The notes under the pieces were generated by a model. It was not told the origin of the DNA. It did no database searches and worked only from the letters and a program-made list of their open reading frames with translations. A stretch of DNA of 63,959 nt, the filler included, from Octopus bimaculoides (Eukaryota): the NCBI RefSeq assembly GCF_001194135.2. It is 3 parts of 3 records of this genome, joined end to end, with 100 filler letters (N's around TTAATTAATTAA, not from the genome) between each part and the next. Parts side by side here need not be neighbours in the genome. Positions count along the whole stretch, not along the records: positions 1 to 30,823 come from NC_068987.1; positions 30,924 to 62,618 come from NC_068982.1; 1 more part is not named here. One strand, given 5' to 3'. A program made the position numbers and the translations under genes. Shown here one piece after another: positions 27,637-40,593 of this stretch; the stretch's first letter is position 1; every line of letters begins with the position of its first letter.

Positions 27637-28093
27637 GCAGGCGTGTTTGTGCGTAAGAAGTTTGAAAAGTTTGCTTCCCAACCGCATGATTCCAGGCTCA
27701 GTCTCAACGCGTGGCTCCTGGGCACGGGTTTTCCAGTATAGCCCCGGACCGACGAAAACTTTGTGAGTGGATTTGGTAGGCAGAAACTGAAAGAAGCCCG
27801 TCGTTTTTTATATACTTGCATATATGTATACTAATTCTATCGGCCTCTTTGCCGAACCGCTATATTACGGGGACGTAAACACAACAATCTTTGTGTACCC
27901 CACCAACGCTTGAGAACCTGTGATTTGTTTACGTACTGGTAATTTAGTAGTTCGGCAAAAGAGACCAACAGAGTAAGTATCTAGCTTAAAAGAAAAAAAG
28001 TTATGGGCTTGAATCATTTGACTAAAATATTCTTGGAGGTGGTGAGGCATCATGGTCGCAGTGTAATGACTGAAAGAAGTAAAATATAAACGA
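27637..28093 (+). mobile_element. SINE family B with an inverted internal fragment
   Basis: Collinear with 53836-54268. 27829-27885 is a minus-strand piece of the same family. Confidence 0.8.
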
Positions 28094-29483
28094 NNNNNNN
28101 NNNNNNNNNNNNNNNNNNNNNNNNNNNNNNNNNNNNNNNNNNNNNNNNNNNNNNNNNNNNNNNNNNNNNNNNNNNNNNNNNNNNNNNNNNNNNNNNNNNN
28201 NNNNNNNNNNNNNNNNNNNNNNNNNNNNNNNNNNNNNNNNNNNNNNNNNNNNNNNNNNNNNNNNNNNNNNNNNNNNNNNNNNNNNNNNNNNNNNNNNNNN
28301 NNNNNNNNNNNNNNNNNNNNNNNNNNNNNNNNNNNNNNNNNNNNNGAGAGAGAGAGATAGATAGATAGATATGTGTGTGTGTATGTGTGTGTGTGTGTGT
28401 GTGTTCGTGTATGGCGAATATTTTACATAGTCATACACAAACAAAACCACACACACATGTAATCAATTGTGTGTTTACATGAGAAGAGTATGTAGTAGTA
28501 TTCGTTTAATACCTTAACATATACAAACTAATCAGTTACTATTATAACATTACGCCGAATATAAAAAGCGCTGTTAACAGCCAAACAACGAAGCAACCAG
28601 CCAGCTTTCTTTCTCCCCTCCTGACCTTGTTCGTACACTCACTGCAAAATAAAAGCAACAAAAATTATTTAAAAAGCATGACAACATAACAACGATAACG
28701 AGAAAGAAAGGAATAATGAAGTAACGATTGTCACCTGCCAACGATTTAAAAAACTAAGATTACTAAAGAAAGTGCATATCGGAAGAGTCTTTGTAAGACG
28801 TTTTTGAGACATCAAAAGCCTCTAACGGTATTACATGAATTAATAAACAGACACCATTCTTTTAAACACTTCTTTCTATTACTTTATAACTCCCTTTTTC
28901 TTGTTAGCGATCTGTCTTTTTGGTTTGTCTTTCTTTTTCTCCTGCATTTATTTCCCTGATATCTTTCGTCGTTTACTTCATTTAGCTATTCATTAGATGT
29001 CAGATGCCAAAGAGAAGAGAATGAGAGCGTGAACATTAAAAAGAAAACATAAGTAGGACTTCAAAGGGTATATAACAAAGAATATCGACTATATTACACT
29101 GGTAAAACGAGAAGTGGTTCTTTATCCTACTTTTCCTTTAATTAAACTGATAGCTGCATTTTATTAACAAGTAAGCTGACTTCAATGAGTGTAATCCGCA
29201 CGGTTTCGATTCCCTCATTCTCAGTTGACGANNNNNNNNNNNNNNNNNNNNNNNNNNNNNNNNNNNNNNNNNNNNNNNNNNNNNNNNNNNNNNNNNNNNN
29301 NNNNNNNNNNNNNNNNNNNNNNNNNNNNNNNNNNNNNNNNNNNNNNNNNNNNNNNNNNNNNNNNNNNNNNNNNNNNNNNNNNNNNNNNNNNNNNNNNNNN
29401 NNNNNNNNNNNNNNNNNNNNNNNNNNNNNNNNNNNNNNNNNNNNNNNNNNNNNNNNNTATATATATATATATACATATACGTC

Positions 29484-29553
<70 letters not shown>

Positions 29554-30275
29554 GGTGTGTGTGTGTAATAATTAACAGTCGCACATAGTCAATGTATGTG
29601 TTTTGTTTCTTCGCTGCTGCTTTTAATCCGTTTTTTTAAAATCTAATATTACACTTAAAACTTTACCATTTTTAAAGTAACATTATTCATATTTGACATC
29701 ATCTCCAGATAATTACAGATGTTAATTTGCTTTTCGCGTAACTACAGTTTTAAATTAAGACTGACTATGGAATCTGCGATGAGAATTCCGCAACTACTTA
29801 AGTAGTTCTATTATAAAATCCTTTTATGACAAAAATATTCTGAACATTTAGAAGACCAACATAGATGATGTGATAATAGATATGAATTTTGGTGTAGGAT
29901 CAATCGCAAGTAGAAAATTTGATCAATCATGAAATTACTCCCAATGCATTTGACTTCTAACTGTTGCCTTCATCCCATCCTTATCACCATGAATCTAGTT
30001 TTAGTATCGCTCTGTGATGGTCTAGAAACTGTAATAGCCAAATAGATTAAGAAACGATATTGTTTCATGCAAAACAGACACATCTGCTAAGGAAATATGC
30101 GTAATCCATAAATATGATCGATCAGACTTGGTTGTATTTGAGACTTTGTATCATACAGGCATGCTGTCACATAAAACCATACAGATTTCGATCATATACA
30201 CACATACATATATATCTATGTTTGTGTGTTATTATGTGTGTATGTATTTTTGTGTTTCTATATATATATATCTGC

Positions 30276-30570
<295 letters not shown>

Positions 30571-30823
30571 CAGTAGTTTTATTTTTATCACGTGCTTTCA
30601 CTGCATAACCAAGTGCAGAACCTTGGGCATATGCTATGGTTTGTTGTGATGCTGTAAATTTTATTGAATTGAAACTGTTTTACGTAGTATGTGTACGGTG
30701 CCTACTAGTGCTATTTACATGTTATATATGTATGTTATATATGCTTTTTATTCCTGGTGTTATTGTCATATATCTGTGTAAATATTTTTTATCATACCTA
30801 ATACGCCTACTATGATAAGAATT
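30571..30823 (-). mobile_element. R4/Dong-clade 3' end, more diverged, cut by the assembly join
   Basis: Collinear with 49838-50090 (CAGTAGTTTTATTTTTAT..., CCTGGTGT...TATACCTAA..CCTACTATGATA.GAATT). Its 3' end abuts (ATT)n. Confidence 0.8.
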
Positions 30824-30923
30824 NNNNNNNNNNNNNNNNNNNNNNNNNNNNNNNNNNNNNNNNNNNNTTAATTAATTAANNNNNNNNNNNNNNNNNNNNN
30901 NNNNNNNNNNNNNNNNNNNNNNN
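30824..30923. other. Artificial scaffold join: 44 N + TTAATTAATTAA + 44 N
   Basis: Exactly 100 bp. The palindrome puts a stop in all six frames. Identical block at 62619-62718. Confidence 0.9.
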
Positions 30924-30974
<51 letters not shown>

Positions 30975-32029
30975 CGTACATACATGTGTATGCACATATG
31001 TCTGTACAATTATATGTATATACATGTATATGCACGTATCCGTGAGTGTACGCATGTATGTGTGTTTACATGGACAAGTGCATACATACATAACATGCAT
31101 ACACACATATAGATAGACAGACATACGCGTACACAAACACATACATGCATACATACATACATACATACATACATACATACATACATACTTATTTATCTGT
31201 ATCTGTATGCATCAATGGGTGGTTAGTTGTCCGTTTGCTGCAACATTTGTTAATTTTTTTCTTCCTTTTCACTTTCCCATTTTTATACCACAAAATCTCT
31301 TTTCCCGATTATGTTCTCTTCTCATACTGTTTCACTTTCTATATATTCTTAACATATCACACTGAAACCCCCTCACTATTTCTCTCTCTGTGTCTCTGTC
31401 TCTGTCACTCATTTTATCTCCTCTTCCCGCTACTACTACTCTCTCATTCACTGCTATCCGCTCCCTTTTTTCCATCCCCGCTCTTTTACCACTTTGCCTT
31501 TGTCTTATTCTAAACGTCATTTGCCCACGGCCAGCATCTTGAAATCTATTGTTCGTTCTATACACTTCTTGTAGGATATTGTACCTTGTGTAGCACTTCC
31601 GTTTCTCTACTAGCATTAACGAGACCTGGCGTTTGTCTGAACACGTTGTTAAGTGGACTGACTCAGTGGCGGCCCTCAAACATCTAACACCTCCAGGCGC
31701 TATGTTTGCTTCTCAGTCAAACAGTCAGCGCTGTAAAGCTTGCAAGGATCTGTGATGCTCGCTTCCCAAAACAAATCGCTTGTTGGTCCCGCAGAGCGCT
31801 CCCATTCTAGACAAACACGCTGCATCCTGTTTGCAGCAAATCTCTTATTTTCAATAGATTGACCCTCCTACTTGCAGCCCACGAATTCTAAGAAAAGCAG
31901 TTCCGATCAAGGAGGAGGGTAGATATCCTGTCCTAGTTACTTTCTAGTAAAGTAACTAGACAGAAAGAAAAAAGAAAAAGAAAAAGGAATAGTTATGTCG
32001 ATAATGGTGGTGACGGCGAGGAAGACGAG

Positions 32030-32110
32030 AAGAAGAAGAAGAAGAAGAAGAAGAAGAAGAAGAAGAAGAAGAAGAAGAAGAAGAAGAAGAAGAAGAAGAA
32101 GAAGAAGAAG
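32030..32110. repeat. (GAA)n microsatellite
   Basis: Directly visible. Confidence 0.95.
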
Positions 32111-32328
32111 AATGATTGTAACAATTGTAGAGCATACACATGCAAACACACAGATGCAAACGCGTAACTAGCCAACGTACAAACTGTTCAATGCATATAC
32201 ATATGCAATAACCCACACACACACATGCACATACGCAATGCACATACATATTCAAAAAAAAGAAAGTGCTACAAACAGTTACAAATACTCTCGGACATGC
32301 AGGCAACTCTAATGCATGCACATGCATA

Positions 32329-32382
<54 letters not shown>

Positions 32383-32716
32383 TGCATATATACACAAAAA
32401 CACAATCACGTAGAGACGAGGGAAAACAAGCAAATACACATTACGCATACATATTCAAGTACATACACATATGCATATACACGTGTGCAGATTTATACCC
32501 AAGAAAGCATGCACCAGAAGCGCATACAAACATACAAACGCATACATGCACTATCGCTGACGTATAGATATGCATACACACAAGGCCATAATCCAAAGAG
32601 ATACATTGAGAATCGACATTTCTATGTCTGTTTGCTTTGTCTGAAGACATTCTCTCTTCCTTTCCACTTTTATTGAAAGAATCGAGGAGCTACAAAGCTA
32701 ATTTACTTTTTGCTGT

Positions 32717-32978
32717 GTAGATTTATATATAGCTTTTTATATATTGTAGGTTTATATATAGCTTTTTATATATTGTAGGTTTATATACAGCTTTTTATAT
32801 ATTGTAGGTTTATATACAGCTTTTTATATATTGTAGGTTTATATACAGCTTTTTATATATTGTAGGTTTATATATAGCTTTTTATATATTGCAGATGCAT
32901 ATATAGATTTTTATATATTGTAGATGCATATATAGATTTTTATATGTTGTAGATTTATAGATGTATATTTTTATATAT
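32717..32978. repeat. 29-bp minisatellite GTAGGTTTATATATAGCTTTTTATATATT, 8 full units plus a degenerate ninth
   Basis: Units start at 32717, 32746, 32775, 32804, 32833, 32862, 32891, 32920 and 32949. Confidence 0.95.
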
Positions 32979-33381
32979 TATGTTTTATTCATATATGTTT
33001 TTCGTTTATTTTCATTACCATTTTGTTTTTCTATTATTTTGTTGTTTGGTTCTTGTACCAATTTTGTATTGTATTTAATTGTAGCTTGTTGTATTTTTTT
33101 TTTCTTTCACCTTGCTCAAAACTGAAGTGTGTTGACCAAACTTCTATCAAAACCAACAAGCTCTCCTCAACAGAATAATTCAGTGTTCAAATATATCATC
33201 AGTATTACCACAGCCAAACCAACACAGGACTCTTGTTTGCATCCAGCAAGTCAGATTTTCTTTTCTGCTTTCTAATTCTTTTGTCACAGTTACTATTTTT
33301 TTTTCTTATTCTCTTCTAAGTAGTATTATTTGCTGACGATGTTGTAATTATTGCTGTTGTTATTGTTGTCGTTGCTGCTGT

Positions 33382-33428
<47 letters not shown>

Positions 33429-33591
33429 GTAAGCTTTAAAGAATTCACTAGAGACGGTGAAGAGAATAGTATTATATCGGATGTGAGTTTTTGATTGAGC
33501 AAATCGAACTATCTCCTAATATTATCTGATAAATCTGAAATACTTTGACCAATAAAGATAAACAACCTGCAAACACACTCATACACGTTGG

Positions 33592-33643
<52 letters not shown>

Positions 33644-33790
33644 AACATACATATTTACATACATACATACATACATACATGTATGGAGAGAGAGATAGAG
33701 AGAGAGGGGGAAAATCTCTAGACTTAGAGAAGATATATATGTCTACTCTATGTAATTAATAACTAGCTATATTTATGTTATATGTATATA

Positions 33791-33839
<49 letters not shown>

Positions 33840-34539
33840 GTGTGTATGAGAGATTGTGTGTGTATGTTCGTGTATATGTGTTTGTATATGTGTAAATGTG
33901 TGTATGTATGCCTGTATACATGGTACATTGAACGTGTGTATACATTTGCTTATATTTAAGAATGCCGTGCAGGTCAGAAATATACGTATATTTGCAATGG
34001 ACAGTATCTATAAATGGATCGCCCTGGGTTTCGACATGGCTTGTCCATTTGTTCAAACAACGAAACAGTCTAAGCGTTGAATTACCATATCTGTAGATGA
34101 GATTTCCAACTCGGTATGAGATACAGCTGGACAGTTATATGTGCAATCTACACAACAGGTCTCTAAACAAAACTTGAGTCAACAAGATGCTATAACAAAA
34201 AGGTAAATGCCCAAATGTCTCGCCGTGTGAGTGGACTCTGAATTACATGATTGCAAAGCGAATTACTTAACCATTCGGTTCATACGAATAAATGTAAACC
34301 GCTGGCTTCTGAAGTATATTCCTGCATTGGTGGCCTTTGTGTTGCAAAGTGCTTGAATTTATAGCCGTATTAGGAAATTCGACGAAAGCTTCTTTTCTTT
34401 TTCTCACGTAACTTAGTCCCCTTTGTGTGTGACTCGCTTCACTCGCGTCAGCCGATCAAATTGTGAGATTCAGCGCCATCTTGGATTTAGAACTTTTTGT
34501 TATAATAGAATAGAGATTCCTGTCTATAAACTCTAGCAT

Positions 34540-34902
34540 TGCGTGTCGATTAGACATAACCCCGAACATTTAGCCTCCTAATTCTCCAGATCTGAATCCA
34601 TTGGAGCGTTGTTCAGAGAGAGGTCAATAAACACACCCATAACACCAAAGATTTTTTTTGAAAGCTGCCATAGTCAGAGTAGTGTCCAAAATCAACCAGG
34701 ACCACTTGATTCGAGTATGTAGATGATTTAGATCTCTTATAGAAGCAGTTGTTGAAGTTGAAGGTGGCTTTGTTGAACACTATTATAGAAAAGGTTTATT
34801 TTTATCCTCATACTTTTTTTTGATGAATAAAGTTATTATCTAATATTATTTATGTTTTTTTTTATAAGCATAGATCTGTCTTCAAATATCTTACGCACTC
34901 TG
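34540..34902 (+). mobile_element. Tc1/mariner (maT/DD37D-like) transposase 3' end with terminal repeat
   Basis: *PPNSPDLNPLE..REVNKHTHNTKDFLKAAIV...FRSLIEAVVEVEGGFVE. The element ends ...CGCACTCTG, then TA. Confidence 0.8.
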
Positions 34903-34908
34903 TATATA

Positions 34909-35020
34909 CAGGGTTGACCAAAAGTCACTCGACAATAAATCAAAATTCCGTAAATATTTAATATTCAATTTTATTTATTCATTCCAATTTGAATGTTTAA
35001 TAATTGAATCGTGTGCGTTG
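34909..35020 (+). mobile_element. 5' terminus of a second Tc1/mariner-type element
   Basis: TA-CAGGGTTGACCAAAAGTCACTCG is a typical TIR start. No partner TIR found. Confidence 0.4.
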
Positions 35021-35025
35021 AAATC

Positions 35026-35349
35026 ATCGTTTTGCCAAACCATGAAGTTACGGGGACGTAAACAAACAAATACTGGTTTTCAAGTGGTGCAGAGAGTATA
35101 CAGACTCCAAAAAACCATATAGAAGCACATTTGCATATATATATATATATATATATATATANNNNNNNNNNNNNNNNNNNNNNNNNNNNNNNNNNNNNNN
35201 NNNNNNNNNNNNNNNNNNNNNNNNNNNNNNTATATATAAGGCTTCCCCACAGCTTCCGTCTACCAAATTCGCTACTCTCTATAGTAAGAGACACTTGGCC
35301 AAAGTGCCGCGTAGTGGAACTGAACCCGAAACCACTTAAACACACAGCC
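35026..35349 (-). mobile_element. SINE family B, degenerate, with internal (TA)n and N gap
   Basis: GTTACGGGGACGTAAAC...TTCCGTCTACCAAAT...ACTGAACCCGAAACCA is the reverse complement of the family. Confidence 0.75.
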
Positions 35350-35726
35350 AGTATTTATTAAAAAAAGAAAGAGAAAAAGAAAGAAAATCACCGGTGCTCC
35401 AGCATAGTCGCAGTCAAATGACTCGAACAAGTAAAAGAATATATTAGTATGACATGAAGACTTTCGATAAATTGCTCTAAATTTCTTTTAATTATTTATA
35501 CATTAAAACTTCTTTACTTTTTACCGTCACGGAATGAACCGTTCATCGATGGTCCCAGTACCATTTTAATTTTTGTATGAGAAGTGGTTGCGAACTCACT
35601 CACTTAACACTTCCGGGGAAAGGGCTGATGTGACTGATTCCCTTCAACTCTTCCCACAACACAACGTACACAACATCAAGACAAAGGCTGAGTGGGAGAG
35701 ATGAAGAAGAATTGACTTTTGTACTT

Positions 35727-35842
35727 GACTGATACCTTATCTATCGATCCTGATAGGGATGAGAGATAAATGTGACTTTGGTGGTATTTGAACTCAGAAC
35801 ACAGCGATCCACAACAAATGCCGCACAGCATTTAGTCCGACT
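35727..35842 (-). mobile_element. SINE family A fragment, diverged
   Basis: TATCGATCC..GGATGA...ATTTGAACTCAGAAC matches the reverse complement of family A. Confidence 0.55.
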
Positions 35843-35852
35843 TTTTAAATAA

Positions 35853-36036
35853 GGCGGTGAGCTGGCAGAAATGTTAGCACGCCGGGCAAAATACTTAGCA
35901 GTATATCGTCTGTCTTTACGTTCTCAGTTCAAATTCCGCCGAGATCGACTCTGCCTTTCATCCTTTCGGGGTCGATAAATTAAGTACTGGCCCCCTCCCC
36001 CAAAATTTCGGACCTTGTGCCTCGAATAGAAAAGAA
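35853..36036 (+). mobile_element. SINE family A (tRNA-like head, Meta-like central domain)
   Basis: A-box-like TGGCAGAA..TTAG, B-box GTTCAAATTCC, central GCCTTTCATCCTTTCGGGGTCGATAAATTAAGTAC, tail CCTTGTGCC..ATAGAAAAGAA. Confidence 0.85.
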
Positions 36037-37352
36037 TTTGCTTATTAAATCAGAGATGGTAAAATAAGAAATTAAATCTTATTGTACAATGATGTTTTAT
36101 TTTCATTTATTTATTTAATTATGTTACATTTGCCTTACAGTCACAGGTATTATCTTATTCGTCTATTCGTTCCACCACTTTCGCCGTTTCGTTTCCCTTC
36201 CACCACCACCAGCATCACCACTATTACCATCATGTCCCCGCTTGCCTCCGTCCAACTCCTCACTTGCCTAGCTACGTTGAACAAAATTTCTATTAGTTCT
36301 GCATTAGTTCGCTATCAACTACAGTTTGTAACCAAATGACTAATCACTTACAAAGACAGAGCAGTGAATACACGGTAGACAGTCGTACAGTTTGGTCCGC
36401 TTGCTACATCAATAGAGTCCATTCATTAAACAACGGTGTCCTTAGCCACCGTTGATGGCTTCATTCACGCAAACAAATCTCAGCTTCCCGTACTCACACT
36501 CTTCCTCATTCTTTTTCTCTCTCACTTTTGCTCCCCCCCCCTCTCTCTCTCTCTCCTCTCACTTTCTCATTTGTAATTGCAGTGCCGTGTATGACTTTTA
36601 GTCATTTTACTTCCTACTGCTTTTCTGTGGGTTTTTTCTCTTTATCTTTGCCACCCCTACCTATTCCCCCGCCTTCCCTCCCTCCCTGTTTTAACTATAA
36701 CCACTCTCGCTTCATTCTACCTCTTCCCACTACCTCTTCCACCCACCACGGTTGGCAGGTGTCTTTGACGCTGCCAAAGAGTGTCTCATCAGTTAATTTC
36801 TAATTAGTCATCGGAGAAAAACTAACATTATGTCAACAAAGAGCGCATTGGTCAAGCGAGGCAACTGTGTACCATTTCAGGACGCTAACCACATTACTAT
36901 ATTGATCTGTGAACAGTCAATCTGTCTCACATCTCATCGACTTACCAATTGAATTGTTACTTTACTAACAACATCGAACAACATTACTTCATCTGGAACA
37001 GTATCTAATTTCTTCTGCAAACTGAAACTACATTCCAGTAAGTGGCCTATCAGTCAAATGCATTGTTCTATTACAAATCCTGAGGTTAATGTTTTGAATG
37101 CTCACCTCACTTTCATTTCCCATACAAAATAGCAGTTAAACTTTCGAAAGTTTTTTTGTTTTTGTTTTTGCTTTTTTTATCGGTTTGTCAGGGGATGAAG
37201 GACAACCTACATTTCCTGTTTTTAATGGCCTCCAACTCTGTGGTAGGGATGGGAAAAGTTATTCCGAGAGAAGAGGCCAAGCTTAAATGCCTATAGCAGA
37301 GCTGATTCCGCTAATGGTACCCAGAAGGGCTGGGTCGAGTGGTGGTGTTAAA

Positions 37353-37684
37353 AACAGCACAGCAGAGACAGCCGTCATTCACAAGCGAGCATAGCTTGGA
37401 AACAATAATGATGCTTTCCCTTATTGTTTAAGGTGCCTATGTAGTCGTGAAAATGGACACCCACTTGATTTCTGCACTTCTGACACAGCAGAACATCCAA
37501 GTTATGATAGCAGGAAGGAGTAGTGGTCATACAAACACTGGGCATGTGCTCATTACAGCTGAGTAGATTAGAGTAACATTAGTGAAGTGCCTTGCTCAAG
37601 GACACAACACTTGGTCTAGAAGTTGAACGCGCGACCTTATGATTAGGAGCCAAACACCGTAACTATTAAATCACGTGCCTTCCC
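37353..37684 (-). mobile_element. SINE family C (tRNA-like head, GTGTTGTGTCCTTGAGCAAGGCACTT central domain) with 13-bp TSD
   Basis: TGGTGGTGTTAAA at 37340-37352 and 37685-37697. The minus-strand head starts immediately inside the right repeat. Confidence 0.65.
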
Positions 37685-37783
37685 TGGTGGTGTTAAACTG
37701 CAGGAAGTATTAAGTCTACCACCCAGGAACAGAAATAGTCTCATCGACGAGATTCAACACTGTCCGTCTACCAAATTTCACTA

Positions 37784-39678
37784 CTCTTTAGAATTCATTC
37801 CGGCCATAACCAGCCGAAATTTATTTGTTTGAACCGGCCAAATCCGGCCGTATTCGACTTCTCTACGAAATTGCTAAACAAATAAACAAATCACGTTATT
37901 GAATTCTCGTAGCTTTGAGATAATGCGAGATAAAGCCTTTCCTGCCTTTATTCAAATATGAATACGGTGAAATTTTTGAGACCACATAGTTTTTTCAACG
38001 TTTGAAGAGAAGTGTTTGTATTAGTATTTATCGATATGACATCGGTAAGTAGCGATTCCGACTTTGAAGGTTTTACGATTGTTGATATACAAAATGTAAA
38101 AGAAAGCGACAGTGATTTGGCTTCGGACGAATCTGATATTGATGTTAAGGAATTTTCGTCGGACGACGAAGATTTGATAGTGAAAGTGATGAAAATGATA
38201 TTAAAGACATTACGGCAATATGGTTGAAAATTACTACATCGACCACAATTCCCGATTTTCACAGAACTGTCTACCTCCCAATGCTCAAGTATTGAACTAT
38301 CTTGCCCATGAAAACACTTACATGTGTAGTATTGTAATGAGCAATCGCAAAAGGCTACCCTGTGAAATAAGAACAACGAAGTTAAAAAAAGTGGGGACAT
38401 TCTTCAAAGGCAAAAAGAAAATTTGCTTGTAATATTATATAAAGACAAACGACAAATTTTATTCCTGTCTACCAATGAACAACCTGGTATTGGAGCTGAG
38501 AGGAAACCCGTATTAAATATATCCTATAACAAATATAAGGGTGGTGTCAACAAATCCGATCAGTATCAGACATACTACCCAGTCAGAGGACTTAGAAAGA
38601 AACGGTGGAGGTACATTTTGTGGTTTTTAGTGATTAACTATTGTTAACTCCTATACTATTTATGTAAAAAGCCACAAGGTAACTCCGCCACCAAAGGACT
38701 ACGACCCTATGAAATTTCGAGTTGATATCGCATCTCAGTTACGTGAAGGCTTTTCTTCCAGAAAGCACAGAACTGGGAGAAAAGCAAAATTAACTGAGGA
38801 TGATGTCAATAGAGAAAATATTAACTTTCATAAAGTGGAAAGAATAAATGAAAGTTTGCAGATTGTGTTTGTTGCAAAGAAAAGCTGCAAAACAGTATCA
38901 GGTTGAAACTTCGTTTATGTGTTCAGTTTGCAAAGTGTTCTTGTGTAAAAGTGCTTTAGACAATTTCATGACTGAAATATGACCTCGTTATATTTTTTAG
39001 TTTGATAGAAATGCAATCATATATTCCTTTCATTTTATTACAACTTTGTGAAAGTGAGAATTACATATTAATTTTCAGTATGTTACATACCTGTATTCAC
39101 CTTTGTTCTACCTGTTAATGAGCTATTTATTATATGCATTTTGTTATGTAAATGTACTCATTAAATTGCATAAAAGTACATAGCCAATGGTATATTGGCA
39201 AGTAAAAGAGTTTTGTACTTTATTTTCAATGAAAATGTTTGAATGAAATATAGAGAAAGAATACAATCTTGTATCGATTATACCTGTATTTTAATTAATT
39301 CAAATTAATGTACTTCATTTTGAAAAGTGGTAAAATTGTTGGCGGTTGACATCTGGGATAATTTTCGTTACAAATCAAACAGGTAAGATACATTAAGAGT
39401 TTCATTTTTAGTGTTTATCCATAAAGTTATTGCTTTTACACCTGTTAATTAAATTTACCTGCCCATAAAAATCAAATTCAATCAGAAAGATCAGCCAAAC
39501 TTACATAACTGTAAAGCACTGGTATATAGGCACATACTGACAAAATTTCAAATCTGTATGTAAAGAATTAACAAAGTTACAAGCAAATGTTGTGGACACC
39601 CCTCTTGAACCTAATTAGTTCAAAATAATGTGAACAAATAAGCATTACATTTGACAGATTAATCTCAATGCTAAAGGG
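37784..39678 (+). mobile_element. piggyBac element, internally deleted and decayed
   Basis: Acidic N-terminus (SDSDFEGF..), then NTYMCSIVMSNRKRLP, KDKRQILFLST, YNKYKGGVNKSDQ..YY..KKRWRYILWF and Cys-rich CVCC..CSVCKVFLCK. The 3' end is CTAAAGGG then TTAA (39679-39682). The 5' TIR CTCTTTAGAATT is degenerate. Confidence 0.9.
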
Positions 39679-39963
39679 TTAATCCTCTATAGTCTCAGAT
39701 AACTGTAACTCAAAGCATCATAGAATTCTAATCTAATATCGACGCTAATGATGGCTTCTTACACTGTATTGTAACAGATATAAAAGTAGAGAAACTGGAA
39801 TGAAATAAACTTTGTCAACTGTCCAGGTTGTTACATTTTTTGTCGCGCCAGCTTCACACCGATATTCAGCGATGAATCTGATGTTAATTGAATATAAGGA
39901 TTTGATGCGTGAACGATATATACCAAAAAACAAATTAATACTTATTATTACAGCTTCTAATAA

Positions 39964-40593
39964 GGCGGTGAGCTGGCAGAATCGCTAGCATGTCGGGTGA
40001 AATGCTTACCGACAGTTCTTCCGTCTTCATGTTCTGTGTTAAAATTCTGCCGTGAACGACTTTACCTTTCATTCTTTCGGGGTCAATGAAATAAGTACCT
40101 GTTGATTACTGTGAGGATCGATGCAATCGACTTAACCCTCTCCCGAAATCGTTGTCACTGTGCCAAAATTTGAAAATGTTATTCATTTAGGCTTCTAATA
40201 AGGCAGCGAGGTGGCAGAATCAGTAGCACGCCGGACGAAATGCTTAGCAGTATTTTGTCTGCCGCAACGTTCTGAGTTCACATTTCGCCGAGGTCGACTT
40301 TGCCTTTCATCCTTTCGGGGTCTATTAAATAAGTACCAGTTGAGTACTGGTCGATGTAATCGACTATTCCCCCCCACCCAAAAAAAATTTCCAGGTTTTG
40401 TGCCTATAATAGAAAAGAATTGTTGGCACGCCAGACAAAATGCTTAGCAGCATTTCCTTTGATTTTACATTCTAAGTTAACTTTTCGCTGAGTATGACTT
40501 TAGCTTTTATCCTTTCAGAGACGATAAATAAGTATCAGTCATGAACTAAGTCAATGTAATTGACGAGCACCTCCTATAGTAGAAAGGATTATT
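39964..40593 (+). mobile_element. Three consecutive SINE family A copies (39964-40182, 40202-40420, 40423-40593)
   Basis: Each has the head/B-box and CATCCTTTCGGGG-type core. GCTTCTAATA occurs at 39953, 40191 and 40597. Confidence 0.85.

Noticed and set aside
35853-35940. tRNA-like A and B boxes in SINE heads
   Set aside because: No cloverleaf, and they continue into SINE bodies, so they are not tRNA genes.
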